A stretch of DNA of 64,000 nucleotides from Spirochaetales bacterium. GTDB taxonomy: Bacteria > Spirochaetota > Spirochaetia > JABEVK01. A program made the translations under genes and the position numbers. The notes under the pieces are model-generated. The model saw only the letters and a program-made list of their open reading frames with translations. It searched no databases and was not told where the DNA came from. Every line of letters begins with the position of its first letter. Position 1 is the first letter of the stretch. Of the stretch, positions 37,647 to 47,821 are shown piece after piece. Location: assembly GCA_037142615.1 (NCBI GenBank), contig JBAXAI010000007.1, forward strand, positions 80,150-144,149. Direction: 5' to 3'.

Positions 37647-37898
37647 TTATCGGCAGGCGCTCACTTGTTCTTCTCCCAAAAGCAGGCCCAAACCCTCTTC
37701 GAGCAAGACCAAGCGCGACAAAAGGAGTTCGAGCCGGTGGACGCTGTTTCTCTGTTCCATTTCTTCCAGTGGCCTCAGGCACTTGTCCAGCAGCTCGTCG
37801 AGGTCGGGAGTGACATGGAGGCTGGCGCCGCACTGCGGACAGTAGATGTAGTGCGAATGGACGACTTGGGAACACCCCGGGCAAAAGCGGACTTCCAT
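37647..37898 (-). CDS. Zinc-ribbon domain protein
   Basis: CPGC...YCPQCG followed by a coiled coil. Confidence 0.75.
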   Translation of the reverse strand: MEVRFCPGCSQVVHSHYIYCPQCGASLHVTPDLDELLDKCLRPLEEMEQRNSVHRLELLLSRLVLLEEGLGLLLGEEQVSACR

Positions 37899-37929
37899 GC
37901 GCTAAGCTTAACGCTCCCGGGCCACGAAC

Positions 37930-40308
37930 TCAAGAAAGACCGGTAAACATTTGCACAAGCGCGTCTTCCACGGTGGTGGCGAACAGGAACTGGACATCGC
38001 CCAGCACTTCCTCGGGGATCTCCTCGAGGTTACGACGGTTGTCTTCGGGCAAAAAGATGGTCTTGAGCCCGTGGCGGTAGGCCGCGAGCACCTTTTCTTT
38101 CACTCCACCGATGGGCAAAATGCGGCCGGTCAGCGTCACCTCGCCGGTCATGGCCAGCCCGCGATTGAGCGGCAGGTCGCGGAAGGCGCTCAGCAGGCTC
38201 GCCACGACGGTGATTCCCGCGCTCGGGCCATCCTTGGGAATGGCGCCCTCGGGAAAATGAATATGGATGTCCTTGTCTTTGGCGAAATCGGCCTTCAGAC
38301 CCCAGTGTTTGCCGTGGCTTTTAAGAAAACTCAGCGCGATGCGGGCCGATTCCTTCATCACGTCGCCCAGGCTGCCGGTCAAGATCAGTTCACCCTTGCC
38401 AGCAAAAAGCGAAACTTCCACGCTCAGCACTTTGCCGCCCACTTCGGTCCAGGCCAGGCCATTGGCGACACCCGCCCGCGGCTCGGCCAACCTCACATCA
38501 TCGCGCCACAGGGCGAGGCCGAGGTCGGTCTGCACCTGCTCTTTTGAAATTTCAATCGGTTCGGGAGACACCAGGCGGCCCCCTTCGCCCAACTTCCCCT
38601 CTTCGACCAACCGCCGGGCCGTTTTGCGAAGCACCGAAGCGATCTGCCGCTCGAGCGAACGGACTCCGGACTCCATCGTGTAGTTATGGATCAACGTCTG
38701 CAATGCGTCGGGAGCGAAGGTGATGGGAAACTCGCCCAAGCCGTTCTCCTTGAGCTGTTTGGGAACAATGAACCCTTCAGCGATCTTCTGCTTCTCGAGG
38801 TCGGTATAGCCCGGCACCTCGATGACTTCCATGCGGTCCTGCAGGGGTCGCGGAATGGTGTGCAGACTGTTGGCGGTCGTCAAGAACAGCACGTCGGCCA
38901 AGTCGTAGGGCACCTCGAGGTAGTGGTCCACAAAGGTCGCATTTTGTTCCGGGTCAAGGACTTCCAGGAGAGCCGCCGCCGGATCACCGCGAAAATCACT
39001 GGCCATTTTGTCAATCTCGTCGAGCAGGAACACGGGGTTGGACGCGCCGGCCTTTTTCATCGACTGCAGGATTTTGCCAGGAAGCGCGCCAACGTAAGTC
39101 TTGCGGTGGCCACGGATCTCGGCCTCGTCGCGCACCCCTCCCAGGCTGATGCGAACAAAGCTGCGGCCCAACGCGCGGGCCACGGAGCGGCCGAGCGACG
39201 TCTTTCCCGTGCCGGGCGGGCCCACGAGACACAGGATGGGCCCCTTGAGTCGCCCCTGAATCTGCCGCACGGCCAAAAAGTCGAGGATGCGGTCCTTGAC
39301 CTTCTTCATGTCAAAATGGTCTTCGTCGAGAATGGCCTGAGCCGAAGCGATGCCGGTGGTATCGGCCGACTTTTTGCCCCAGGGAAGATCGGTCACCCAC
39401 TCCAGGTAGGTGCGCAAAATCCCGGCTTCGGGAGTGCTCGTCTGCAGTTTGGCCAGCCGGTTGCATTCCTTGAGCGCCTTTTCGCGCACCTCGTCGGAGC
39501 ACTCGAGCGCTTCGATCTTGCGGCGGAGTTCCACCGTGCCCGTCGGGTCGCCGTCGTCGTGGCCGAGTTCCTTGTGAATCTCTTTGAGCTGCTCGTTGAG
39601 GTAGTACTCACGCTGATTGGTCTCAAGCCGCCCTTTCACCTTCTTGTGAATCTCGGACTGGAGACCGGCGAGTTCGTGCTCCACCTGGATGGTCACCGCG
39701 AGGCTTTCGAGCCGCACCAAGGTCCGCTCCTCAAGGAAAAACTCCAGCTTCTTTTCGTCGCTGAGGTTCAGGTGAGGCACGATGAGGTCGACCAGCGTGT
39801 CGGGCCGGTCAGTTTCGAGAATGAGGGCCATCTTTTCTTTGCTGATTTTGCCCTGAAGGTCCTTGAACCCCTTGAGCGTGCCAAGAACCAGCTGCATCAG
39901 CGAGAGGGTTTCGTTGCCCAGATCGATGGGACTCTCCAGCAGGGCAACCTCGGCGCGCACGTAGTCGGGACGGCTGTTGTAGCGCACCAACCGCGCCCGG
40001 TCGCGGCCCTCGACCAGAACCCGCACCGAACCATCGGGCAACTTCAGGGTTTGGAGGATGCCTGCCACCACACCCAGCGAATACAGGTCACCTTGCCCGG
40101 GCTCCTCGGCTTTGGTCTTCTGCGGGACGAGGAAGATCTCTTGACCTTCGGCCAGGGCCACCTCGAGGGCCTTCACGCTGGCACCCTTGGTCGCGAAAAA
40201 AGGGATGACCAGCTGGGGGAATACCAGCACGTCCTTCACCGCCAAAAGAGGAAGATCCTTTTTGAGGGCTTTGGGACGCAACACGGCAGGCAGCAGATCC
40301 TTGAGCAC
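37930..40308 (-). CDS. lon: ATP-dependent protease La
   Basis: GPPGTGKTS, GHRKTYVGA, LLDEIDK, PKDGPSAG, IGGVKEK. Confidence 0.98.
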   Translation of the reverse strand: MLKDLLPAVLRPKALKKDLPLLAVKDVLVFPQLVIPFFATKGASVKALEVALAEGQEIFLVPQKTKAEEPGQGDLYSLGVVAGILQTLKLPDGSVRVLVEGRDRARLVRYNSRPDYVRAEVALLESPIDLGNETLSLMQLVLGTLKGFKDLQGKISKEKMALILETDRPDTLVDLIVPHLNLSDEKKLEFFLEERTLVRLESLAVTIQVEHELAGLQSEIHKKVKGRLETNQREYYLNEQLKEIHKELGHDDGDPTGTVELRRKIEALECSDEVREKALKECNRLAKLQTSTPEAGILRTYLEWVTDLPWGKKSADTTGIASAQAILDEDHFDMKKVKDRILDFLAVRQIQGRLKGPILCLVGPPGTGKTSLGRSVARALGRSFVRISLGGVRDEAEIRGHRKTYVGALPGKILQSMKKAGASNPVFLLDEIDKMASDFRGDPAAALLEVLDPEQNATFVDHYLEVPYDLADVLFLTTANSLHTIPRPLQDRMEVIEVPGYTDLEKQKIAEGFIVPKQLKENGLGEFPITFAPDALQTLIHNYTMESGVRSLERQIASVLRKTARRLVEEGKLGEGGRLVSPEPIEISKEQVQTDLGLALWRDDVRLAEPRAGVANGLAWTEVGGKVLSVEVSLFAGKGELILTGSLGDVMKESARIALSFLKSHGKHWGLKADFAKDKDIHIHFPEGAIPKDGPSAGITVVASLLSAFRDLPLNRGLAMTGEVTLTGRILPIGGVKEKVLAAYRHGLKTIFLPEDNRRNLEEIPEEVLGDVQFLFATTVEDALVQMFTGLS

Positions 40309-40310
40309 GG

Positions 40311-41606
40311 TCAGCCTGCGGCTTTTCCGCTGAAGGTGTGGATCTCCCGGACCCACGGAAGGCTCATTTCGCCGGGGTCCGTTTGGATCACTGGCTTGAC
40401 GCCGTCGGTGAAGACTTCCTTGGTGATGACGACGCGTTTGCGCCCCGTGATCGAAGGAATCTCGTACATCAGTTCGAGCATGGCACCTTCGACGATGGCG
40501 CGCAGGCCACGCGCCCCGGTCTTGCGGGCAATCGCCTGGTCGGCAATTGACAAAATCGCCTCGGTCTCGAACAAAAGGTCGGTGTCATCGAGCTTGAGAG
40601 CCACTTGGTACTGGCGGATGATGGAGTTCTTGGGTTCGGTCGTGATGCGCAGCAGGTCCTCGCGGCTGAGCTCATCGAGGCTCACCATCACGGGCAGGCG
40701 GCCGATGAACTCGGGGATCAGCCCAAACCGGACCAGATCCTCGGGGTGCAGGTGCTTGAACAGCTCGTGGTTGCTCTTGGCGCCCTTGGTCACGACCTCG
40801 GTACCGAAGCCCATCGAGCCCTTGCTGACCCGCCGCTGGATGATCTTGTCGAGCCCCACGAAAGCGCCGCCAACGATGAACAGAATCTTCGTCGTGTCGA
40901 TCTTGAGGTAGTCCTGATTGGGGTGCTTGCGCCCGCCCTGCGGAGGGACGTTGGCCTGCGTGCCTTCGATGATCTTGAGCAGGGCCTGCTGCACGCCCTC
41001 GCCGCTCACGTCGCGCGTGATCGACACGTTCTCGCCCTTTTTGCTGATCTTGTCGATTTCATCGATGTAGACAATGCCGCGCTCAGCCGCCGCGATGTTT
41101 CCACCGGCCGACTGGATGAGCTTGAGCAGGATGTTCTCGACGTCTTCGCCCACATAACCGGCCTCGGTGAGAGTCGTTGCGTCGGCAATGGCAAACGGAA
41201 CCTTCAGCTTCTTGGCCAAAGTACGGGCCAGCAAGGTTTTACCCGTTCCTGTGGGCCCAACCAGCAGAATGTTGGACTTCTCCATTTCGACCTCGCCGTC
41301 TTCAGAAGCACCGGGGTTGGAAATGCGCTTGTAGTGGTTATAGACGGCCACCGAGAGCACCTTCTTGGCCTCGTCCTGGCCGATCACGTACTGATCAAGA
41401 AAGGCTTTGAGTTCCTTGGGGGTGGGAAGGTCGCTGCCGAGCGTGAACTCGGCGGCTTCGTTGGCTTCTTGCTCGATGATACGGGTGCAGGCGGCAATGC
41501 AGTCGGTGCAAATCGCCACACCCTCGCCCGTGATAAGCCGCTGGACCTGATTGGCAGGCCGGTGGCAGAACGAGCAGTGGTCTACGACGTCATTCTTTTT
41601 TGCCAT
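40311..41606 (-). CDS. clpX: Clp protease ATP-binding subunit ClpX
   Basis: CSFC..C..C zinc finger, [27 protein letters not shown]. Confidence 0.98.
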   Translation of the reverse strand: MAKKNDVVDHCSFCHRPANQVQRLITGEGVAICTDCIAACTRIIEQEANEAAEFTLGSDLPTPKELKAFLDQYVIGQDEAKKVLSVAVYNHYKRISNPGASEDGEVEMEKSNILLVGPTGTGKTLLARTLAKKLKVPFAIADATTLTEAGYVGEDVENILLKLIQSAGGNIAAAERGIVYIDEIDKISKKGENVSITRDVSGEGVQQALLKIIEGTQANVPPQGGRKHPNQDYLKIDTTKILFIVGGAFVGLDKIIQRRVSKGSMGFGTEVVTKGAKSNHELFKHLHPEDLVRFGLIPEFIGRLPVMVSLDELSREDLLRITTEPKNSIIRQYQVALKLDDTDLLFETEAILSIADQAIARKTGARGLRAIVEGAMLELMYEIPSITGRKRVVITKEVFTDGVKPVIQTDPGEMSLPWVREIHTFSGKAAG

Positions 41607-42204
41607 TTTTTTCCCGGATGAGCACTTTGTCGATCAGGCCGTACTCGACGGCCTCGGTGGCCGACAGGAAGTGATCGCGTTCCAGGTCGGTAGCGATGGT
41701 CTTGGCGGTCTTGCCGGTATGTTTGGCAAAAATGTCGATGGTCATGTTCTTGAGGCGCACGATCTCGCTGGCCTGGATCTTGATGTCGCGGGCCTGGCCC
41801 TGGGCGCCGCCCCAAGGTTGATGAACCAGAATGCGGCTCGAAGGCAGGGAATACCGTTTGCCTGCAGTCCCACCGGCCAGAAGCAGGGCGCCCATCGAGG
41901 CAGCCTGTCCGACACAGATGGTCTGCACGTCGCAATGGACGTACTGGATGGTGTCGTAGATGGCCAAACCCGCCGTGACGCTGCCGCCGGGCGAGTTGAT
42001 GTACACGGAAATATCTTTCTCGGGATCCTGCGCATCGAGAAACAGCAGCTGAGCGACCACGAGGTCGGCCATCACGTCATGGATCTCACCATCCACAAAA
42101 ACAATCCGGTCTTTCAGCAGCCGAGAGAAGATGTCGTAGGCTCGTTCCCCGGCGCCGGTTTGCTCGACGACCATTGGAACCAGGTTGCTCATATAGGAAT
42201 TCAT
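41590..42204 (-). CDS. clpP: Clp protease proteolytic subunit ClpP
   Basis: DIFSRLL, YINSPGG, GQAASMG, HQP. Confidence 0.98.
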   Translation of the reverse strand: MNSYMSNLVPMVVEQTGAGERAYDIFSRLLKDRIVFVDGEIHDVMADLVVAQLLFLDAQDPEKDISVYINSPGGSVTAGLAIYDTIQYVHCDVQTICVGQAASMGALLLAGGTAGKRYSLPSSRILVHQPWGGAQGQARDIKIQASEIVRLKNMTIDIFAKHTGKTAKTIATDLERDHFLSATEAVEYGLIDKVLIREKNGKKE

Positions 42205-42214
42205 GGGGGGAAAG

Positions 42215-43579
42215 TTACTCCTTTTGTCCCATCAAGTCCACATAGGAGACCTTCTTTCCCTTCTTGAGCTTCGACTGCGCCAAGAGGAAGTCGCCGAGCT
42301 TTCGGTCTCGCACGTCGTGCTCCAAGTAGTTCATCAGGCCGTTCTGACTGAAGTAGTCCCGGGCCTCATCGACACTGATTTTGCTGACTTCGGCCTGCTT
42401 GAGAACCTCGGCATCGAGCTCCTCGGCGCTGCAGTCGATCTTTTCGGCCTCAAGGATCTTTTCCATCACCAGACGGCGACGCAAGACGACCACGGACTGG
42501 GGCTTCCACTCGTCCATCATGCGGTGTTTGCCTTCGTGGCCGACCATCTGCTCGAGCTGTTCGGGCCGCAGGCGGCTGTTGGCGGCGAAGGTGCGCCAGG
42601 TCTGCTCCATTTCGGCGGCAATCATCGACTCGGGCAGTTCAAAGCTGGTCTGGGCAGCCACCTTTTCGAGGACAGCGTCAATGTTTTTTTGGCGGAGCGC
42701 TGCCGCGAGGTTTTTGGTCAGTCGGTCGTTGATGCTCTTTTTCAGGTCATCGAGGGTCTTGAACTCCTCGCTGACGTCCTGGGCCAACTCGTCGTTGATC
42801 TCAGGGAGTTTCTTTTCCTTGATGGCGGTGACCTTCACCTTGAGGGTTCGGGAGCTTCCTGCCAGATCTTTGATCTCAAAGTCGGCCGGATAGGTCTTGG
42901 TGACGGTGCGTTCTTCGTCTTTCTTTTGGCCGGTGATCTCTTCGTCAATCTTGTAGAAGTTGTAGCCGCTGCCCACAGTGAACACAAAGTCCTGACGGCG
43001 GGTGCTCTCAATTTCGGCCTTGGCGTCGTCGAGCTCGACGTAGTTCACGGTGACGGTGTCACCCGAGGCGACCTTGACCACGCCCTTGGCGTCGCCGGCC
43101 TTGTCGATGACCATCGAGTTCTGTTCCTGCAAGAGCTCAAGCTCGCGCTTCTCGTCGTCTTTGCCCAGCACGACCTGAGGCTCTTCCACCTCGATTCCCT
43201 TGTAACCCGGCAGAGTGAACTGGGGAAACACGTCGTAGCGCAAAGTAAACGTGAAATCCTTGTCGAGCGTGAGTTCGAGGTTCTTGTCGATGATCTCGGG
43301 CTGGCTGTAGCTCAAAGGCTTTTCTTCAATGGTGTCAAACACATCATGAAGAGCCTTGTCGACAAGCGTCTGCAGGGCCTCGGCCTTGAGGCCTTCGCCG
43401 AACTTCTTCTCGAGCACCGACACAGGTACTTTTCCCCGGCGGAAACCGGGCATCACAGCGTCCTTGACGTACTTGTTGAGCAGACCTTCATACTCCTGGC
43501 GGGAGGCGGTCTGGGCGATGGTCAGTGTCAGCTCGACGGCGGACTTTTCCAGTTTCTTGATCTCTTGCTTGACGATCAT
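42215..43579 (-). CDS. tig: Trigger factor
   Basis: PGFRRGKVP signature; FKBP-like middle domain; upstream of clpP. Confidence 0.95.
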   Translation of the reverse strand: MIVKQEIKKLEKSAVELTLTIAQTASRQEYEGLLNKYVKDAVMPGFRRGKVPVSVLEKKFGEGLKAEALQTLVDKALHDVFDTIEEKPLSYSQPEIIDKNLELTLDKDFTFTLRYDVFPQFTLPGYKGIEVEEPQVVLGKDDEKRELELLQEQNSMVIDKAGDAKGVVKVASGDTVTVNYVELDDAKAEIESTRRQDFVFTVGSGYNFYKIDEEITGQKKDEERTVTKTYPADFEIKDLAGSSRTLKVKVTAIKEKKLPEINDELAQDVSEEFKTLDDLKKSINDRLTKNLAAALRQKNIDAVLEKVAAQTSFELPESMIAAEMEQTWRTFAANSRLRPEQLEQMVGHEGKHRMMDEWKPQSVVVLRRRLVMEKILEAEKIDCSAEELDAEVLKQAEVSKISVDEARDYFSQNGLMNYLEHDVRDRKLGDFLLAQSKLKKGKKVSYVDLMGQKE

Positions 43580-43620
43580 GCGGTTCCTCGATTCCTTCGG
43601 ATTCTGCGGTCTAGAAAAAG

Positions 43621-43653
43621 AAAAGGCGATCCAGAACCTCTGGACCGCCTTTT
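43621..43653 (-). terminator. Terminator of the tRNA cluster
   Basis: AAAAGGCG.TCCAGA/TCTGGA.CGCCTTTT stem flanked by A/T runs. Confidence 0.7.
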
Positions 43654-43658
43654 GCAAG

Positions 43659-43730
43659 AGCGAAAGACGGGACTCGAACCCGCGACATCCACCTTGGCAA
43701 GGTGGAGCTCTACCACTGAGCTACTTTCGC
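43659..43730 (-). tRNA. tRNA-Gly (GCC)
   Basis: GCGAAAGTAGCTCAGTGGTAGAGC-T-CCACC-TTGCCAA-GGTGG...GGTTCGAGTCC. Confidence 0.96.
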
Positions 43731-43792
43731 AAAAACGAACTTCGCGGCTACCTTGGTGAGAGGCCACAATTCAAAGAGTGCGCCCCGGACAA

Positions 43793-43874
43793 TGCGAGAG
43801 AAGGGACTCGAACCCTTACACCTTACGGCACTGGAACCTAAATCCAGCGTGTCTACCAATTTCACCACTCTCGC
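43793..43874 (-). tRNA. tRNA-Leu (TAG)
   Basis: GCGAGAGTGGTGAAATTGGTAGACAC..CTGGA-TTTAGGT-TCCAG; long variable arm. Confidence 0.96.
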
Positions 43875-43904
43875 AATTCCTTCCCGAAAGAAGAAAGACG
43901 ATTC

Positions 43905-43977
43905 TGAGCCGGCAAGGATTCGAACCTTGGACCCGCAGATTAAGAGTCTGCTGCTCTACCAGCTGAGCTACCGGCCC
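43905..43977 (-). tRNA. tRNA-Lys (CTT)
   Basis: GCAGA-CTCTTAA-TCTGC anticodon arm; GGTTCGAATCC. Confidence 0.96.
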
Positions 43978-44012
43978 TCTCAAAAACGTCAAAATACCGA
44001 ACAAACCAAAAA

Positions 44013-44086
<74 letters not shown>

Positions 44087-44112
44087 AGCTTTTCCGGCCT
44101 TTCGGCCGGTCG

Positions 44113-44186
44113 GGTGGATGACGGGGCTCGAACCCGCGACAGCCAGAACCACAATCTGGAGCTCTACCAACTGAGCTACAACCACC
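44113..44186 (-). tRNA. tRNA-His (GTG)
   Basis: G-1 and C73; CCAGA-TTGTGGT-TCTGG anticodon arm. Confidence 0.96.
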
Positions 44187-44268
44187 ATGTCAGTCGTCAG
44201 TGGACGTTGCTTAATAAACACTGTTATGCAAAAAGAATCAAGGGGAAGCGGAAAGATTTTTTCGTTTC

Positions 44269-44297
44269 TTGACAACCCTCCCGTGCCGTCCTTAAAT
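44269..44297 (+). promoter_or_regulatory. Sigma70 promoter for the 44318-50383 unit
   Basis: TTGACA, 17-nt spacer, TTAAAT; AGGAG RBS downstream. Confidence 0.6.
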
Positions 44298-44317
44298 GCT
44301 AGCAGGAGTCGACCGCC

Positions 44318-45100
44318 ATGAGTCTCAACAACCGCCTGTACATGATCCTGTTCCCCAACACGGCCCTGGTGGGCTCGCAGTTGCCCCCCGACGATTTTGG
44401 TCGGCACTTCATCTCGGGCTCGAGCAAATACTACAGCGGAAAGTTGATTTTCGCCGAGATCGATGCCGCCTACCGCCACGAATACTTCAACATCGACGAC
44501 GCGCTGAAAGACATGACTCACGCCGACGGGAGACCGAAGTCGACCAAGTACATTTCGACCTACCGTGTGCTCGAGCATATTGAGTTCAGCGCGATCCTGA
44601 GCCTTTACATCACCACACCCGAAGGCTTCACCCTCCCCCTTGTTCAGGGTAGCTATGAGGCCACCCACCAAAGCGGCCTGATCCGGATCTTTGGCGAGAT
44701 CGCGCCGGTGTCAATGATGGTGCTGTCGGACTATAACTTCCGCGACTTCTCGAAGTTCATCACTAACCCCAAGGGCCACGTGGGAGCCCCCAAGATGTTC
44801 TACACGCAGATCGACCTCGACATCGACGAATTCCTGGCCGATTTTGAGGCCAACCCGCTGATGCAACCGCCCATCCCCGATATTCATCCGTCGGTACTGC
44901 GCGAGTCGGTACTCGATCTGCGCAAGTATGTCGACAAACACACCAAGGGCCTTTCGCTGTCGAACCCGCTGGGCAAGATCAGCTTTCGGCACCTTCGGCA
45001 CGGTTTCATGTTCGCCAGCCAGGAAGAAAACAAGTTCTATCCGCTCCCCGCGCCCAAGGATATCGAGAAGCTGCACTTTCGGTTCTGGAAGACCATGTAA
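44318..45100 (+). CDS. Hypothetical cytoplasmic protein
   Basis: Long ORF with host-like codon usage and RBS; only 2 nt before the first cyclase gene; no function recognised. Confidence 0.8.
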   Translation: MSLNNRLYMILFPNTALVGSQLPPDDFGRHFISGSSKYYSGKLIFAEIDAAYRHEYFNIDDALKDMTHADGRPKSTKYISTYRVLEHIEFSAILSLYITTPEGFTLPLVQGSYEATHQSGLIRIFGEIAPVSMMVLSDYNFRDFSKFITNPKGHVGAPKMFYTQIDLDIDEFLADFEANPLMQPPIPDIHPSVLRESVLDLRKYVDKHTKGLSLSNPLGKISFRHLRHGFMFASQEENKFYPLPAPKDIEKLHFRFWKTM

Positions 45101-45102
45101 CT

Positions 45103-47811
45103 ATGCCGGAGCGCCGCGTAACGCGACTGTTATCGGCTGCGCTGGCCTCCGTTGCACTCCTTGCGGGTGTATGGGTGGCCTATCATTCCTCCGATTTGAA
45201 GTCGCCGCCTTGGCGTGACCGGCTGCCGCTTTTCTTTCCGTTCTACACGGCTGTTGACCAGTCGGGACGCGCGTACACGTCGGACTCAGCGACCAGCCGC
45301 CTGGTGGCCCTCGACCGAGACGGAAGCCTGAGGTGGACGCTCGACGGCCGCAAATACTCGGGCGGATTCTACAACGCTGTCGGGCTTGCCATCGACAGCC
45401 ACGACGACCTTTACGTCACCAATTGGTTGCCAATGGTGGCGCAGAATGCCCTGGCCCAGGAACTGCAAATCCAGCGCTACAATTCATTGGGTCAGCTCAT
45501 GGGCACCGTTTATCGCCTGGAAAACACGAGCCACAGCGAAGACTTTCCGGGGTACTTCTCGTTCACCATTCAAAAAGACGTTTTGTACATACTGCATGGG
45601 GACGGAACCCGCTACGACCTGTTTCAGGTTCCCGCAGCAGGGGGAACCCCAACTCTTGTGCGCACGGTCAACGCCCCGACAGACTTTGTGTCAATTGCGA
45701 ATACACCGGACGGAACTCTGGCGGGAGCAGCGCGCAACGGCACCCTGTGGAGGGCGGCGCCGGGTCAAGACTGGAAACTCAGCCCGGTGCCTGGAGTCGC
45801 GAAGCCCTGGGATCTGAAGTTCCACCCTGACGGCAGTCTGCTTGTCTTGGACCTCCTGGGCGGAACGATCAAGAAGTTAGGTCTCGATGGAAGCCTCGAG
45901 ATCGTTCTCGACAGCAAGCAGACGGGGGGAACTTTTTCCGACACATTCTCGCTGGCGCCTAACGGGACGCTCGTCATCGCGGACAAAGAACGGCAGCGCC
46001 TCCTCGTAAGCCCGTTTGCGCGCGAATATCGGGCCTACGAAGGGGCCTCGCTCAACTCGGGCACCGTAGCCGGCCATTGGGTAACCTACGTCAGTCTGGT
46101 CGTCGGCTCGCTTTGCGCGCTTGCGGCGCTCGTGTTGTTTTATCTGTTCGTCGTCAAACGCCGTGTTCCGTTGATGGTGATCCAAGTCGGCCTCTTTGTG
46201 CCCATTATTATCGCCGCCCAGGCCATCACTTTCGGACAAGTCTACGACGGCCTGTATTCCCGCTACAAAGCCGAGGTGCGCAACACGCTGCTCAACGCGG
46301 CCCAACTCGTGGCCCGAACCCTCAGTCCGCAAGACCTGCTCGCGCTCAAGAACCCCGCTGATCTGGACTCAGAGGCCTACCAGCGATTGAAGAAGGCCGT
46401 GCTGTCGCTGCGGACCACCGGGCGCGAAACCGGGGCCTTTTCGTACATCGCCTTGTACCGTAACCTGGGCGGCCACGTGCACATCGTGCTCACGGGTTCG
46501 GGGGTTTACGGCGTCAATTATCCGTACCCGATTTTCCCAGCACAGGCGATGGGCCTGTTCAGCGCACCCGGGGTGCAGACGGCCGACTACTCGGACGACT
46601 ACGGCGAGTATTCTGGGGGTTTTGCGAGCGTCGCCGGGCCCGCGGGTTCCCCGGTAGGCGTCGTCGAGGTGGGTCTGTACGCCGACTTGGTGAAGGAGGT
46701 CGAAAACTCCTATTTCGCCAGCGCCCGGTTGTTCTCGGCGGTCAGCGGTGGCATTTTCGTCGTGATTCTGTTCATCATCACCCTGCTCTTGATCCGTTCG
46801 CTCAATACCCTTCGCCGCATCACCCGCGACATTGCCCTGCGAAACATCGAACTGCCGACGGAACTCAAGAGCCACGACGGGATCGGGCAGTTGGGGGGCG
46901 ACTTTGGCACCATGCCCCGCAAGCTCAAGGGCTACTTCGACGAAATCACGGCGCATGCCGCGACGAGCGCGCGTTTTGTGCCGCGCGACTTCATCAACCT
47001 GCTCGAGGTGGAAGACCTCACCAAGGTGAAGGCGGGCAATCATGCCAACCGCGAAATGACGGTCCTGTTCAGCAGCATCGTCAACTTCCGCAAGATTACG
47101 GGCTCTATGTCGAGCCAGGGCGTCGTGAACTACCTGAACGCCTACCTCGCCAGAGTGGCCCCGCACATCCGCGACAACCGGGGTTTCGTCGACAAGTACT
47201 TCGGTGGCACGTACCTAGCCCTGTTCCCGCGCACGCCTCGCGACGCACTGACCACTTTCAAGCTGGTGAATCGCCATTTGGCCAACCAAAATCGGCAACG
47301 GGTGCGCTCGGGCAGCGGGGGCCTGTTCCTGAGTTTTGGCATCCACAAAGCCCCCCTGATGCTCGGAATCGTCGGCGAGGAGCAGCGCTTGGAGGGCACG
47401 GTAGTCAGCGATGCAGTCAATCTGACCAGGCACCTCAACGACTGGTGCCGCCTGTACCACGTTCCGTGCCTGGCCACCTTTCAGACTTTGGAGCAAGCGG
47501 GCGCTTTCCCTTTCCGCAAGATCGACCATGTGATTGTCAAAGGAAGAAGTGAGCCCCTACTGATCTGCGAGCCCCTCGATGAGCTGGATCCGGAGAAGGC
47601 TGTACTGATGGACTATCTCAAGGCCTACGACGAAGCCTTTTCCGCCTTCGAAAAGGGTGACCTGAAGACGGCCTCTGACGGCTTCGAGTTCCTCAAGGCG
47701 CGGGCCCCGAAGGACACCGTGATTCAGCAGCACGCGGCCCGTTGCCGTCAGATCCTCGAAACCGGTAGGCCCGAGGTGTGGAACCCGGCTGTCCAGTTCC
47801 ACGAGAAGTAA
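45103..47811 (+). CDS. Membrane class III nucleotide cyclase-like protein (NHL-type propeller, sensor, HAMP, cyclase lacking metal-binding Asp residues)
   Basis: NHL-type repeats (GLAIDSHDDLYV); 4 TMs; HAMP; cyclase TVLFSSI / VDKYFGGT / TVVSDAVNL / VKGR; helical C-tail. Confidence 0.88.
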   Translation: MPERRVTRLLSAALASVALLAGVWVAYHSSDLKSPPWRDRLPLFFPFYTAVDQSGRAYTSDSATSRLVALDRDGSLRWTLDGRKYSGGFYNAVGLAIDSHDDLYVTNWLPMVAQNALAQELQIQRYNSLGQLMGTVYRLENTSHSEDFPGYFSFTIQKDVLYILHGDGTRYDLFQVPAAGGTPTLVRTVNAPTDFVSIANTPDGTLAGAARNGTLWRAAPGQDWKLSPVPGVAKPWDLKFHPDGSLLVLDLLGGTIKKLGLDGSLEIVLDSKQTGGTFSDTFSLAPNGTLVIADKERQRLLVSPFAREYRAYEGASLNSGTVAGHWVTYVSLVVGSLCALAALVLFYLFVVKRRVPLMVIQVGLFVPIIIAAQAITFGQVYDGLYSRYKAEVRNTLLNAAQLVARTLSPQDLLALKNPADLDSEAYQRLKKAVLSLRTTGRETGAFSYIALYRNLGGHVHIVLTGSGVYGVNYPYPIFPAQAMGLFSAPGVQTADYSDDYGEYSGGFASVAGPAGSPVGVVEVGLYADLVKEVENSYFASARLFSAVSGGIFVVILFIITLLLIRSLNTLRRITRDIALRNIELPTELKSHDGIGQLGGDFGTMPRKLKGYFDEITAHAATSARFVPRDFINLLEVEDLTKVKAGNHANREMTVLFSSIVNFRKITGSMSSQGVVNYLNAYLARVAPHIRDNRGFVDKYFGGTYLALFPRTPRDALTTFKLVNRHLANQNRQRVRSGSGGLFLSFGIHKAPLMLGIVGEEQRLEGTVVSDAVNLTRHLNDWCRLYHVPCLATFQTLEQAGAFPFRKIDHVIVKGRSEPLLICEPLDELDPEKAVLMDYLKAYDEAFSAFEKGDLKTASDGFEFLKARAPKDTVIQQHAARCRQILETGRPEVWNPAVQFHEK

Positions 47812-47821
47812 GGAGCCCGCG